Shown here in pieces: positions 10,421 through 19,774 of a stretch of 64,000 nucleotides of DNA. The stretch comes from Saprospiraceae bacterium. GTDB taxonomy: Bacteria > Bacteroidota > Bacteroidia > Chitinophagales > Saprospiraceae. The translations under genes and the position numbers were made by a program. Within the stretch, counting starts at the first letter, position 1. Every line of letters starts with the position of its first letter. Below the pieces are notes generated by a model, which was given only the letters and a program-made list of their open reading frames with translations, ran no database searches and had not been told where the DNA came from. Location of the stretch: the NCBI GenBank assembly GCA_043781915.1, contig JAYWBA010000187.1:931-64930 (forward strand). Direction: 5' to 3'.

Positions 10421-10502
10421 TAGTTGATGGTTGACAGTTGACAGTTGATAGTTTTAAGAGCGATTAGCATCTGTCAACTATCAACCGTCAACTGTCAACT
10501 AA
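10421..10502. repeat. Heptamer-word hairpin (GTTGAYA words) between the sigma and anti-sigma genes
   Basis: GGTTGACAGTTGACAGTTGATAGTT at 10429-10453 pairs with the TCAAC-rich arm at about 10471-10498 with about 2 mismatches in 25. Confidence 0.8.
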
Positions 10503-11106
10503 ATAACAACGTTTTTAATTTATTTTTTGCGCGTAAATATTGCGATTTAGAAGTCGATTCTGTAATACCCAGAATAGACGCAATTTCTTCGTGATCGTAA
10601 CCTTCAAACGCATACAATGTTAAAACTACTCTATAACCTTCGGGTAAAATGTTAACCGCTTTGCGCACGCGCTCGACATTATACATCGTGAAACTTGAAT
10701 CATCCGTTTCATCAACATCGACCACTTGGTGGGCGGTGTCATTTAATTCCTGGAAATATAATTTCCGCTTTTTTATATGATTCAAACAGTTGTTTATCAC
10801 AATCCGTTTTATCCAAGTACCGACTGACGATTCAAATCTAAACGATTCCAAATTTTGAAACACATCAATAAACGCATTTTGCAAAACGTCTTGTGCAGTA
10901 TCAGCATTGTTAACCATCCGCAAGCACGTGTTGTACATAGCGCGCGCATACAAGTTGTACAACTTAAACTGTGCGTTACGGTCGCCGTGCAAACAAGCCT
11001 CCACTATGTCGTAATGAACTGCCACCTTTTCGTTGTTCGTTGTTCGTTGTTCGTTGTTCGTTGTTCGTTTAAAAGCGCTCGTAAACGAACAACGAACAAC
11101 TACCAA
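10495..11106 (-). CDS. ECF-type sigma-70 family factor (2 of 3)
   Basis: Region 2 (QDVLQNAFIDVF, VGTWIKRIVINNCLNHIKKRK) and region 4 (LPEGYRVVLTLYAFEGYDHEEIASILGITESTSKSQYLRAKNKL). The first ~27 codons are encoded by a repeat hairpin, so the true start may be GTG near 11025. Confidence 0.8.
   Translation of the reverse strand: MVVVRCSFTSAFKRTTNNEQRTTNNEKVAVHYDIVEACLHGDRNAQFKLYNLYARAMYNTCLRMVNNADTAQDVLQNAFIDVFQNLESFRFESSVGTWIKRIVINNCLNHIKKRKLYFQELNDTAHQVVDVDETDDSSFTMYNVERVRKAVNILPEGYRVVLTLYAFEGYDHEEIASILGITESTSKSQYLRAKNKLKTLLFS
11029..11100. repeat. Heptamer-word hairpin (CGTTGTT words)
   Basis: GTTGTTCGTTGTTCGTTT (11053-11070) pairs perfectly with AAACGAACAACGAACAAC (11083-11100). The left arm is extended by further CGTTGTT repeats. 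Confidence 0.85.
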
Positions 11107-11627
11107 CTATCAACTAAATGCGTTTCGTATTTTCTTATTACACTGACAATAGTGTTTTAAAATAGTTGCACCACTGCAATAAAAAATATATTTTTATAAG
11201 CTGTTTAAAATTTTAAATGAATCAAAATAGTAATCGAATTTTTTCTATCCCTACCAGGTAGGGATAGAAATTTACACAGCTTCATAGAAATATTTCAGTA
11301 AAAATACAATATTTTCAACTTAAAACAGAATCTCCAAACAGCTTCTGACAAATTTAATAAAATCATAAAAAGCCCCATTTTGTTTGAAAATTCAATTGCC
11401 TACAGGTCTTTAGCTCTAGCAATTGAAAAAAATCATATATCAATTGCAATTTCATAGCTGTTGCTAAAAAATAGGAAATTGATACGCACCTAATTAAATA
11501 CAATCAATTTTGGTTCTCAAAAAACAAAACGTTACAGGTAAGTTAAACTATTATTAAATTGGTTTTCAAATCGTATTGATGCCGAGTAATAGCTTATTTT
11601 TATATGATTATCAAACTTAAATCATAC

Positions 11628-12230
11628 ATGATAAAATTACTTACGAAAATTCAGCTTCTCTTTTTGGCATTTTTATGCTTCCCATCATTTTTGCAAGCTC
11701 AAGCTACAGACACCACTGTTGTAAAAGATACTATTGGTGTATTTAAAAACTCATTCTATGTACGCTCTATGCCACTCGGTGTTTACACAGGCGCAGGTTT
11801 TGCGGGCGATAAAATCACCCAAAATATTGAGTTTGGTAAATCATTTGGCGTAATTGATATTGGCTTAGCAGTTGGAAGAACAAGTTTAAGACCCGATACC
11901 ACAAATTATTTGCAAATGCGTGTGACAATGGATGCGTGTCAATACGGTATTTTTAGCAACGAATTAGCTATCGGCGCTGGTTATGTTTTCAATTCATCAA
12001 CACCATTAATGTTGGAACTATCTTCAACCATTTTCGCCCAACTCGGCGAAAATTGGGGATTAGGTCTCATCGCCGGTGTTACTGACCAAAGTGGTATATA
12101 CAACGATAATAGCAGAAACTTCTACGGACTTTTTTTCAGATATGGTTTAATGCGAAACGAGAACGGTGCGCTCATTGGCTCACATAAATCGCATAGAGCG
12201 CGTGGACATCATGCTAAACATGGCAAATAG
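11628..12230 (+). CDS. Hypothetical secreted/outer-membrane protein with His-rich C-terminus
   Basis: Signal peptide MIKLLTKIQLLFLAFLCFPSFLQAQ, Gly/aromatic beta pattern, tail SHKSHRARGHHAKHGK. Confidence 0.45.
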   Translation: MIKLLTKIQLLFLAFLCFPSFLQAQATDTTVVKDTIGVFKNSFYVRSMPLGVYTGAGFAGDKITQNIEFGKSFGVIDIGLAVGRTSLRPDTTNYLQMRVTMDACQYGIFSNELAIGAGYVFNSSTPLMLELSSTIFAQLGENWGLGLIAGVTDQSGIYNDNSRNFYGLFFRYGLMRNENGALIGSHKSHRARGHHAKHGK

Positions 12231-12365
12231 CAAATAGAAAAAGGCAAAGGGCAAAGCGCAAATAGTAAAATTTAATTGGCTAATTCCAAAATTAACCCTT
12301 TTGCCCTTTGCTATTTGCCCTTTGCTATTTGCTATTTGCCCTTTGCTATTTGCCCTTTGCTATTT
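12222..12365. repeat. Heptamer-word hairpin with tandem TTGCTAT/TTGCCCT array
   Basis: Left arm GGCAAATAGCAAATAG...GGCAAAGGGCAAAG. Right arm is about 9 consecutive heptamers TTGCCCT/TTGCTAT (12301-12365). The arms overlap the stop codons of both convergent genes. Confidence 0.85.
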
Positions 12366-12764
12366 AGATACTGGTTCAATCAAATCCCATAAGTTGCCGT
12401 ACAAATCAGCAAACACGGCTACTGTGCCGTACGACTCAGTGATGGGCTCGCGTACAATTTTAATATTATTTTCGAGCAGGTTTTGATAATCGCTTTGAAA
12501 ATTATCGGTGTACATAAATAAAAAAACACGCCCACCCGTTTGGTTACCAACACGACTTCGTTGTTCTTCGTTGGCTGCTTTTGCTAAAAGCAAATTACAA
12601 CCTGTTGAATGGCTCGAATTGGGCGGTGCTATAATCACCCAACGTTTTTTTGCATCGAGTTTTGTATCTTCAATGAGTGTGAAATGCAGTTTTTGTGTGT
12701 AAAATGCTATCGCTTCATCGTAATCATTTACTACTAATGCCAAGTGTGCCATGTGCTGCTGCAT
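12360..12764 (-). CDS. VOC/glyoxalase-bleomycin-resistance family protein
   Basis: MAHLALVVNDYDEAIAFYTQKLHF...GTVAVFADLYGNLWDLIE, typical of the VOC fold. Confidence 0.7.
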   Translation of the reverse strand: MQQHMAHLALVVNDYDEAIAFYTQKLHFTLIEDTKLDAKKRWVIIAPPNSSHSTGCNLLLAKAANEEQRSRVGNQTGGRVFLFMYTDNFQSDYQNLLENNIKIVREPITESYGTVAVFADLYGNLWDLIEPVSK

Positions 12765-12995
12765 AAATTTGACGCTATTTTAGAGATTCATTGATCATTG
12801 ATTGTCGTCAGTTTAATATCAACCGATACGTATTTCTGTGCAAATTTCTATAAATTTCAGCGAGAAAATTAATCTTACCCCTTAATAATAAAAATTTAAC
12901 ACTTTCTAAAATATAAAATATCATAATACCAAATTGAAAGCTGTAAATTTGATTCTTATTTAAGAATTAGTTTTATGGTATTTTTATTTGCTAAC

Positions 12996-14666
12996 ATGCG
13001 ATTAGGATTCTACCCCGTATTTAAAGTTTTTTTAAGCTTACTACTTTGCGGTATGTTGTTATTTTCTGTTGATAAAATATCGGCGCAGAGTTTTGAAAAT
13101 AAATACAAAATAGAAAAACTGCCATCTTCGATAAATACTTATAATGCAGATGAAATTTCGCCTGTTATAAGTATGGACGGCAAAACCTTATTTTTTACGC
13201 GCGCCAAAAGTGAAGAGTTTAATCAAACGATTTGGATTGATGGTGAGGATGCTTCGGAGGCGATGCAATATAAAGATATTGTACGCAATATGGCTAAAAT
13301 TTATTCTCAAATAGCGGGTTATACTATTTTTGACCCTGTTCATTCCGAGTTTAATCAGGATATTTGGTACGCCGAAAGCAAGGAGTCTATTTTTGACCAC
13401 GTCGTGCATCCAACAAAGCCATTAAATAATATTCTACCGAATAGCATTTGTTCAACTACTCCCAAACCCAACGAATACGTTGTCATCAATCAGTTTTCGC
13501 GTGAAGGTGGTATGAAACGCGGATTTAGCATCGTAACCAAAAATGAAGACCATTCTTGGAGTGACCCGCAACCCATAATTATAAAAAATTTCGACGCTAC
13601 CTCCGACATCAGCCTTACAATGAGCATTGATGGCAATGTCATCATTATTTCTATACCAGGTAAAGACAGTTACGGCGACAACGATTTGTATATCTGTTTC
13701 AAAGAGAGCGATAATACTTTTTCGGAACCCAAAAATATGGGACCTGCCATTAACACAAGATACAGAGAAGCAACGCCTAATTTAAGTGCTGATGGTAAGG
13801 AATTGTACTTTGCATCGAACAGGCCGGGCAAAGGCGGTTTGGATTTGTTTTTTGTCTCGCGCATAGGCGAAAATTGGAATGAATGGTCGGATGTGCGCCA
13901 TTTTCAATATCCCATCAATACTTCTGCCGATGAAGCACAACCCAATTTCAGTCCGAGTACAGGGAATTTATATTTTTCTTCGCGACGTGACGGTACGAGC
14001 GATATATACTCTGTCAATATCGCGCCACCGCAACCCATTGAAGTTTTAATTATGGGACGAGTTATTAATTCAAAATCGAAAAACGCTATTGATGGGCGCA
14101 TTCTTTATGGCGATGCGGATAGCAGCGAGTATCAAAATTATGTTGAAACGAATGATGGGCGTTTTTTCATAAAAGTGCCGCGTGGCAAAAAAATAAAAAT
14201 GCTCGCAATGCGCCCTGGTTATATTGACCATGAAATTGGTGTAAAATACGAATTCAACACTTTTTACCCGACACAAGAAATTACCCTGCAACTCGATTCA
14301 GTCACAGTAGGTTCAACCATCGCTTTGAATCCAATTTTTTTTGAGCAATCGAAAGCGTACATAAAAAAAGAATCGTACGAAGAATTAGAGTACCTTGCCA
14401 GTGTTTTGAAAAAATTTCCCGAAATTTGTGTCCGTATAGAAGGTCATACCGACAATCAAGGAAAATCGGATGAATTGCAAAAACTTTCTGAAACGCGCGC
14501 CGCAGAAGTCAGGAAATTTTTGGTGCGGAATAAAATAAATCCGAAACGATTAGAGTCGATCGGTTTTGGTGCTTCACACCCACTTCAAGATAATTCTTCC
14601 GAAACAAACCGCAGTAAAAATCGCCGCGTGGAGGTTAAAATTGTGCGGATACAATATGGCTTGTGA
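12996..14666 (+). CDS. OmpA-family protein with TolB-like (WD40-like) beta-propeller repeats
   Basis: Repeated SPxxSxDGKxLYFxS motifs (ISPVISMDGKTLFFTR, TPNLSADGKELYFASNR, PNFSPSTGNLYFSSRR). C-terminal OmpA domain IEGHTDNQG...LSETRAAEV...NRRVEVKI. Confidence 0.8.
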   Translation: MRLGFYPVFKVFLSLLLCGMLLFSVDKISAQSFENKYKIEKLPSSINTYNADEISPVISMDGKTLFFTRAKSEEFNQTIWIDGEDASEAMQYKDIVRNMAKIYSQIAGYTIFDPVHSEFNQDIWYAESKESIFDHVVHPTKPLNNILPNSICSTTPKPNEYVVINQFSREGGMKRGFSIVTKNEDHSWSDPQPIIIKNFDATSDISLTMSIDGNVIIISIPGKDSYGDNDLYICFKESDNTFSEPKNMGPAINTRYREATPNLSADGKELYFASNRPGKGGLDLFFVSRIGENWNEWSDVRHFQYPINTSADEAQPNFSPSTGNLYFSSRRDGTSDIYSVNIAPPQPIEVLIMGRVINSKSKNAIDGRILYGDADSSEYQNYVETNDGRFFIKVPRGKKIKMLAMRPGYIDHEIGVKYEFNTFYPTQEITLQLDSVTVGSTIALNPIFFEQSKAYIKKESYEELEYLASVLKKFPEICVRIEGHTDNQGKSDELQKLSETRAAEVRKFLVRNKINPKRLESIGFGASHPLQDNSSETNRSKNRRVEVKIVRIQYGL

Positions 14667-14673
14667 TAAAATT

Positions 14674-14728
14674 TCTCGCAGAGCCGCAAAGGCGCAAGAA
14701 AAAAATTGCGTCTTGCGGCTCTGCGAGA
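14674..14728 (+). terminator. Long terminator hairpin
   Basis: TCTCGCAGAGCCGCAA...TTGCGGCTCTGCGAGA followed by a T-run. Confidence 0.65.
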
Positions 14729-14796
14729 GATTTTTTGAAGTCGTAAATTATTGTTAACTTTGTGGTGAAAGTTATCTAAGTTCTCGAAAAAACTCT

Positions 14797-16617
14797 ATGA
14801 CCACTGCTGACTACCAAGAACTCGCCGCTACTTTACCGATTGATCCAGGTGTTTATAAATTTATAGGCGCTAAAGAAGTTATATTGTATGTCGGCAAAGC
14901 CAAAAATTTAAAAAGCAGACTAAGTTCTTATTTCGGAGAGCGCAAAGACAGACAGATTAAAACGCAAGTACTGGTAAATTTAGCCATTCGATTAGAATAT
15001 ACCATTGTCGATAGTGAACAAGATGCACTTTTATTAGAGTGTCAACTCATAAAACAGCATCAACCGCGCTACAATGTCATGCTAAAAGACGGCAAAACGT
15101 ATCCGTATATTTGCATAAAAAACGAACATTTCCCACGTGTTTTCACCACACGGCGCGTTATTCGCGATGGTTCAACGTATTTTGGTCCATATACTTCTGG
15201 CAATCGCGTTTATGTTTTGATGGATTTAATCAAACAACTTTTTCCATTGCGCACTTGCGTTCATGCGCTTTCGCCAGAAAATATACAGAAAGGAAAATTT
15301 AAAGTTTGTTTGGAATACCATATCAAAAATTGTTTAGGTGGCTGCGTTGGATTTGAAAAAGAAGCAGATTATAACGAAAAAATTGCCCAAATAAAAAACA
15401 TCTTGAAAGGTCATTTCAGCGAAGTGCGACAACACATTAAGCGCGAAATGGCAACGGCAGCTGAAAACTTAGATTTTGAAGGTGCTCAGGCAAACAAAGA
15501 AAAACTTACCGCTTTCGACGATTACCAATTTAAATCGACAATAGTTTCAACCACAATTACCAATATCGATGTGTTTGGAATCGCCACCGACGATAAAAAA
15601 GCCTACGTTAATTATTTAAAAATTGCGAACGGTGCCGTTATTCAAGCATTCACTTTAGAGCTTGTAAAAAATTTGGATGAAGAGGAAGATACGATTTTAG
15701 CTTTCGCGATTCCATACCTGCGTGATAAATACAGTAGCAAAAACACCGAAATTTTAGTCCCATTCGAAGTCGTTTTAGAAGATGAATGGATAAATGTCAT
15801 CGTGCCTAAAATTGGCGATAAGAAAAAACTACTCGACCTTTCTGTAAAAAATGCAGAATTTTATGTTTTGCAACAGCGCAAAGAAGAAGCATTGCGCGCG
15901 CAAAAACAAACATCAAGCGAGCGCATACTGAGCACTTTGCAAAAAGATTTGCGCATGCAAGAGTTACCAATGCTCATCGAATGTTTCGATAACTCGAATC
16001 TGCAAGGCACTAATCCCGTCTCCGCGTGTGTTGTTTTCAGAAATGCCAAACCTGCCAAGCGCGATTATCGTTATTACAATGTCAAAACGGTTGAAGGTCC
16101 GAACGATTTTGCGACGATGGAAGAAGTCGTTTTCCGTCGTTACAAACGGTTACTTGCTGAGGGTTCTGAGTTACCGCAACTCATTATTATCGACGGCGGT
16201 AAAGGGCAACTTTCTGCTGCGATGAAAAGTTTGGAAGCTTTGGGTTTAGCTGGAGCGATGACCGTTGTTGGTATTGCAAAAAACCTCGAAGAAATTTTCT
16301 TCCCAAACGATGGTATACCACTCTACATTGACAAAAAATCGGAATCGCTAAAACTCATTCAACAATGTCGCGATGAAGCGCACCGATTTGGCATTACTTT
16401 TCACCGCAATCAACGCTCTAAAAACTTTCTCACTACCGAGCTTGAAGGCATTGAAGGTGTGGGTGATAAAACGATTGAAAAATTGCTCACACATTTTGGC
16501 TCTGTTGCGCGCATTAAAGAAGCAAGTGCCGAAGATTTACAAGCTATAATTGGTAAAGCCACGACAAAACAAGTTATTACTTTTTTTGCGAAAGATAAAG
16601 TGAAGGATGAAGCGTAA
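14797..16617 (+). CDS. uvrC: Excinuclease ABC subunit C
   Basis: GIY-YIG N-terminus (PGVYKFIGAKEVILYVGKAKNLKSRLSSYF), UVR domain, RNase H-like endonuclease domain (ECFDNSN), C-terminal HhH2 (LEGIEGVGDKTIEKLL). Confidence 0.95.
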   Translation: MTTADYQELAATLPIDPGVYKFIGAKEVILYVGKAKNLKSRLSSYFGERKDRQIKTQVLVNLAIRLEYTIVDSEQDALLLECQLIKQHQPRYNVMLKDGKTYPYICIKNEHFPRVFTTRRVIRDGSTYFGPYTSGNRVYVLMDLIKQLFPLRTCVHALSPENIQKGKFKVCLEYHIKNCLGGCVGFEKEADYNEKIAQIKNILKGHFSEVRQHIKREMATAAENLDFEGAQANKEKLTAFDDYQFKSTIVSTTITNIDVFGIATDDKKAYVNYLKIANGAVIQAFTLELVKNLDEEEDTILAFAIPYLRDKYSSKNTEILVPFEVVLEDEWINVIVPKIGDKKKLLDLSVKNAEFYVLQQRKEEALRAQKQTSSERILSTLQKDLRMQELPMLIECFDNSNLQGTNPVSACVVFRNAKPAKRDYRYYNVKTVEGPNDFATMEEVVFRRYKRLLAEGSELPQLIIIDGGKGQLSAAMKSLEALGLAGAMTVVGIAKNLEEIFFPNDGIPLYIDKKSESLKLIQQCRDEAHRFGITFHRNQRSKNFLTTELEGIEGVGDKTIEKLLTHFGSVARIKEASAEDLQAIIGKATTKQVITFFAKDKVKDEA

Positions 16618-16864
16618 AATTTAGATTTCCAATAAGATGAAGATATCATTATTTCAAAGGCTTTGTATTTCTCCAACAAAAGCACTTTTGAAAGCGGTAT
16701 TCAAAGATTAGAAAATATCTACACTTTTTCACAAATTATATTACAGCTCAAAAGCACAAAAGAATTGATTAGTAATGACGTTTGCGAATTAGCGGCTCTG
16801 GATATTCAATACCTAAATTTCAAAGATTCACTAAAAAGTAGTTTATCTAAAGCACCCAATTTTA

Positions 16865-17359
16865 ATGATTAAGCACTGTTTTTTAATTCTTCTTTTTATT
16901 CTTACAACGCAACTTCAGGCTCAGATAATATATTCCTTGAAATGGAAAGCAGAAATTGCAAACACAGATGCCAAAACTTATAAAATAATTTTGGAGCTTA
17001 TTCCTGATACTGCCTTTTATACTGTGTCAATGTTTGATGATACTAAAGCACTTTTACCCATTACAATTGATTTGAAAGAAGATAAAAATTTATTGCTAAT
17101 GGGCGAATGGATTGAAAATCCAAGATCAATTTTGTCACATCATGATGCTTTACATATTGATGGTAAGTTTATAAAAGAACGAACTACTTATACAAGAGCG
17201 TTTAAGCTAAAAAGAGGTGGTATCTTTGTTACTAAATTTCAACTTTCATTTTGGGAAATAAGTGACAACATTGCTTTACCACCCAGAGACATCAACTTTG
17301 AGATTTATAGATTGAAGGGATTATTGAAAATTAGACAATTAAAGAAAAACTCTCAATAA
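16865..17359 (+). CDS. Hypothetical secreted protein (first gene of the islet downstream of uvrC)
   Basis: Signal peptide MIKHCFLILLFILTTQLQAQ. No family recognised. Confidence 0.45.
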   Translation: MIKHCFLILLFILTTQLQAQIIYSLKWKAEIANTDAKTYKIILELIPDTAFYTVSMFDDTKALLPITIDLKEDKNLLLMGEWIENPRSILSHHDALHIDGKFIKERTTYTRAFKLKRGGIFVTKFQLSFWEISDNIALPPRDINFEIYRLKGLLKIRQLKKNSQ

Positions 17360-17445
17360 AAATGAATCCTAAAGCCTAAGTTGTTTTTTCACATTGAAAT
17401 TTGTTAGTAAAAAATTATTGCGTAAATTTGGATAAAATTTGCAAA

Positions 17446-17769
17446 ATGACAGTAACCAATCTTCATATAACGGATTTAATAAAAGAGGTTATACAGCGTA
17501 AAAACCCTGAAGCTGAGGTTATTTTATTTGGCTCTCAAGCACGCGAAGATTCAAAGAACGATTCTGATTGGGATATTTTAATTTTGCTCAATATGCCAAC
17601 TGTTTCTCGAGTCGTAGAAAAAGAATACAAAGATGCACTTTACGATATTGAACTTGAGATTGGACAACCAATTTCTACATTTGTGTTTTCAAAAATGGAC
17701 TGGGAAGGCAAACATAAATTTACGCCACTTTACAACAACGTGAAAAGGGAAGGTATCTTTTTATCATGA
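17446..17769 (+). CDS. Minimal nucleotidyltransferase (MNT) antitoxin-type protein
   Basis: ILFGSQAREDSKNDSDWDILIL matches the GS...D.D pol-beta-like NTase motif. 4-nt ATGA overlap with the HEPN gene. Confidence 0.75.
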   Translation: MTVTNLHITDLIKEVIQRKNPEAEVILFGSQAREDSKNDSDWDILILLNMPTVSRVVEKEYKDALYDIELEIGQPISTFVFSKMDWEGKHKFTPLYNNVKREGIFLS

Positions 17770-18152
17770 ACGGAAATAGAGAAGACTATATCAATTACAG
17801 AATTAGCAAATCGTTTGAAATATTTCTCGATGCTAAATTACTATCTGAGAATAAACGCTGGAATTCTTGCGTAAATCGTCTTTACTATTCTGCATTCTAC
17901 TTAGTGAGTGCTTTAATTCATAAAAACGGGAACAAAGCCGAATCTCATAATGGAACGAAAATACAGTTTAATCTACATTTTATCAAAACTGGTTTAATCC
18001 CAATCGAATCTGGAAAACTGTATGCAAATTTATTCGATTGGCGTCAAGAAAGTGATTATGCCGATTTTATAGATTTTGAAGAAGGTTTTGTTCTTGACTT
18101 AATACCCAAAGTTGAGAAGTTCAATTTCCAGATATTAGAATTGATTGATTAG
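17766..18152 (+). CDS. HEPN-domain protein (toxin-type partner of MNT)
   Basis: About 128 aa, all-helical. Contains RLYYSAFYLVSAL and WRQESDY, which match the R-x4-6-H/D HEPN region. Gene order and overlap are typical of MNT-HEPN pairs. Confidence 0.7.
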   Translation: MNGNREDYINYRISKSFEIFLDAKLLSENKRWNSCVNRLYYSAFYLVSALIHKNGNKAESHNGTKIQFNLHFIKTGLIPIESGKLYANLFDWRQESDYADFIDFEEGFVLDLIPKVEKFNFQILELID

Positions 18153-18301
18153 TGAGTAGTAAAAAGCCTGTATTACAAATAATTAATTGCCTTCAGTTAT
18201 TTATATCCTCATTACATTTTGAGTTGTTGACGGATTAGCTTAACTTTCTGGTTCATTATCTTTATGGGATAACCGGTTAACAATGCATTCAATATACTAC
18301 T

Positions 18302-19207
18302 ATGGAAAAAAAAGACATACTGATTGTTCAAAACCTTGCAGCTTTTGAAAAGCTAATTAATAAGGACAACCGTCCTTACGATATTAATATGATGGTAATG
18401 CCAGGTACTTTGCAGGATAAACATAAAGATGTTGACCCTGAAAAAGGTATTCGGGCATTGCGCAGAGAATTTAATCTGATTTATATTTTGTTAGAGGGTG
18501 TGCACGATGTTCATCTCGGTGCAGACTATCGTTGGTTAAAGCCGAATGACTTGGTGATAGTTCCCGAATCATTTTTGTATGCTTCATCCCATATTAGCAA
18601 TTGTGTCGGCTATTGCATTCACTTCAAAACTGAATTTGTTCAAATGCTGCTGAAAGGCGCACTGAGTGAAGAGTTTTCGTTCTTCGATATGGAAGCAGAG
18701 CATATTATCAACGTTACAAATGAAGAAAGTGAATTAATACAACAGGCTTTTAAAGATATTATTGCTGAGTATGAACGGTTCTCTCCGGAAAAGGATTATT
18801 TGCTGCGTAATTACATTTATATTCTGTTGCTTCGCATCCGTGACATATATCGCCCTTATGCAAAAAAGTTAAACGATTCGACTACTCGGTCAATGAAAAT
18901 CACTAACGAGTTTAAGCACCTCGTTGAAAAAAAATTTATCACTATGCGCTCCGTGCATCAATATGCAAAATTGTTGCACATCACCCCAAAACATTTATCA
19001 GAAGTTATAAAAGAGAGTACAGGTAAATCGCCCCGCGATCTTATTAATAATATGCTTTTGCTCGAATCAAAAGTGCTTTTAGGTGCAACAGATAAAACTG
19101 TCACTGAAATTGCACACACACTTTGTTTTGAAGACCAATCTCACTTCAGCCATTTTATAAAAAATCATACGGGCTGCACACCGCTTGAATTGAGAAAGAA
19201 ACTCTGA
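18302..19207 (+). CDS. AraC-family transcriptional regulator
   Basis: C-terminal double HTH (HQYAKLLHITPKHLSEVIKESTGKSPRDLINN..., EIAHTLCFEDQSHFSHFIKNHTGCTPLELRK). Confidence 0.85.
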   Translation: MEKKDILIVQNLAAFEKLINKDNRPYDINMMVMPGTLQDKHKDVDPEKGIRALRREFNLIYILLEGVHDVHLGADYRWLKPNDLVIVPESFLYASSHISNCVGYCIHFKTEFVQMLLKGALSEEFSFFDMEAEHIINVTNEESELIQQAFKDIIAEYERFSPEKDYLLRNYIYILLLRIRDIYRPYAKKLNDSTTRSMKITNEFKHLVEKKFITMRSVHQYAKLLHITPKHLSEVIKESTGKSPRDLINNMLLLESKVLLGATDKTVTEIAHTLCFEDQSHFSHFIKNHTGCTPLELRKKL

Positions 19208-19305
19208 TTTGTACATTCTTTGCCGAACTATTTACAATTTTATCGCTTCCTCGCACCATCATCTTTGCAGTGTTAATTATTTATTCACATTTAAATCAAA
19301 GAAAG

Positions 19306-19749
19306 ATGAAAAAGTTTTCGTTTCTTCTCATTATTTTAGTAAGCACATTACTAATTGCTTTTTCTTTAAAGCCGCAAACAAATAATTTGTTGGATAAAGC
19401 AGAATTAAAAGGTTTTGATAAGCCCGATGAAGTGCGTGAATTTCCGCTCGGCAAGGTAGAGCTTGTAAAAATTGGTGGCGGAATGATCGGACGTGCTACC
19501 TTTCAGCCTGGCTGGCGGTGGTTAACATCGGTGCAACCACTTGCAAAAACAAAAAGTTGCGAAGCTCCGCATTTTCAATACCATATTTCCGGCATACTTA
19601 AAGTTAAAATGGATGACGGAACTATTCTTGAATGCAAGCCGGGCGATATTTCTCTGCTTCCTCAAGGTCATGATGCATGGGTAGTTGGCAATGAACCCGT
19701 AGTGGTTGTAGATTTTCAGGGAATGTTAGATTATGCAAAAGCTAAGTAG
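19306..19749 (+). CDS. Cupin-domain protein with signal peptide
   Basis: MKKFSFLLIILVSTLLIAFS, then the cupin-like HFQYHISGILKVKMDDGTILECKPGDISLLPQGHDAWVVG. Confidence 0.6.
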   Translation: MKKFSFLLIILVSTLLIAFSLKPQTNNLLDKAELKGFDKPDEVREFPLGKVELVKIGGGMIGRATFQPGWRWLTSVQPLAKTKSCEAPHFQYHISGILKVKMDDGTILECKPGDISLLPQGHDAWVVGNEPVVVVDFQGMLDYAKAK

Positions 19750-19774
19750 TGCAGCACCGATTTGTTTTATAGTT

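Noticed and set aside
12298-12365. Possible CRISPR array, suggested by regularly repeated short units here and at 39411-39465, 57417-57488 and 58700-58783.
   Set aside because: - The repeats are contiguous 7-nt words with no spacers.
- The arrays are under 100 bp and self-complementary.
- No cas genes are present in the window.
12301-12486. 61-aa ORF MPFAICPLLFAICPLLFALCYL..., and the 101-aa ORF at 10855-11160.
   Set aside because: - Their repetitive peptides are direct translations of the heptamer-word hairpin arms.
- They overlap real genes on the other strand.
16663-16872. 69-aa ORF immediately after uvrC (TTG start).
   Set aside because: - It has no recognisable family and a non-ATG start.
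- It overlaps the start of the next gene.
- It may be non-coding islet-border sequence, so it is not reported as a feature.
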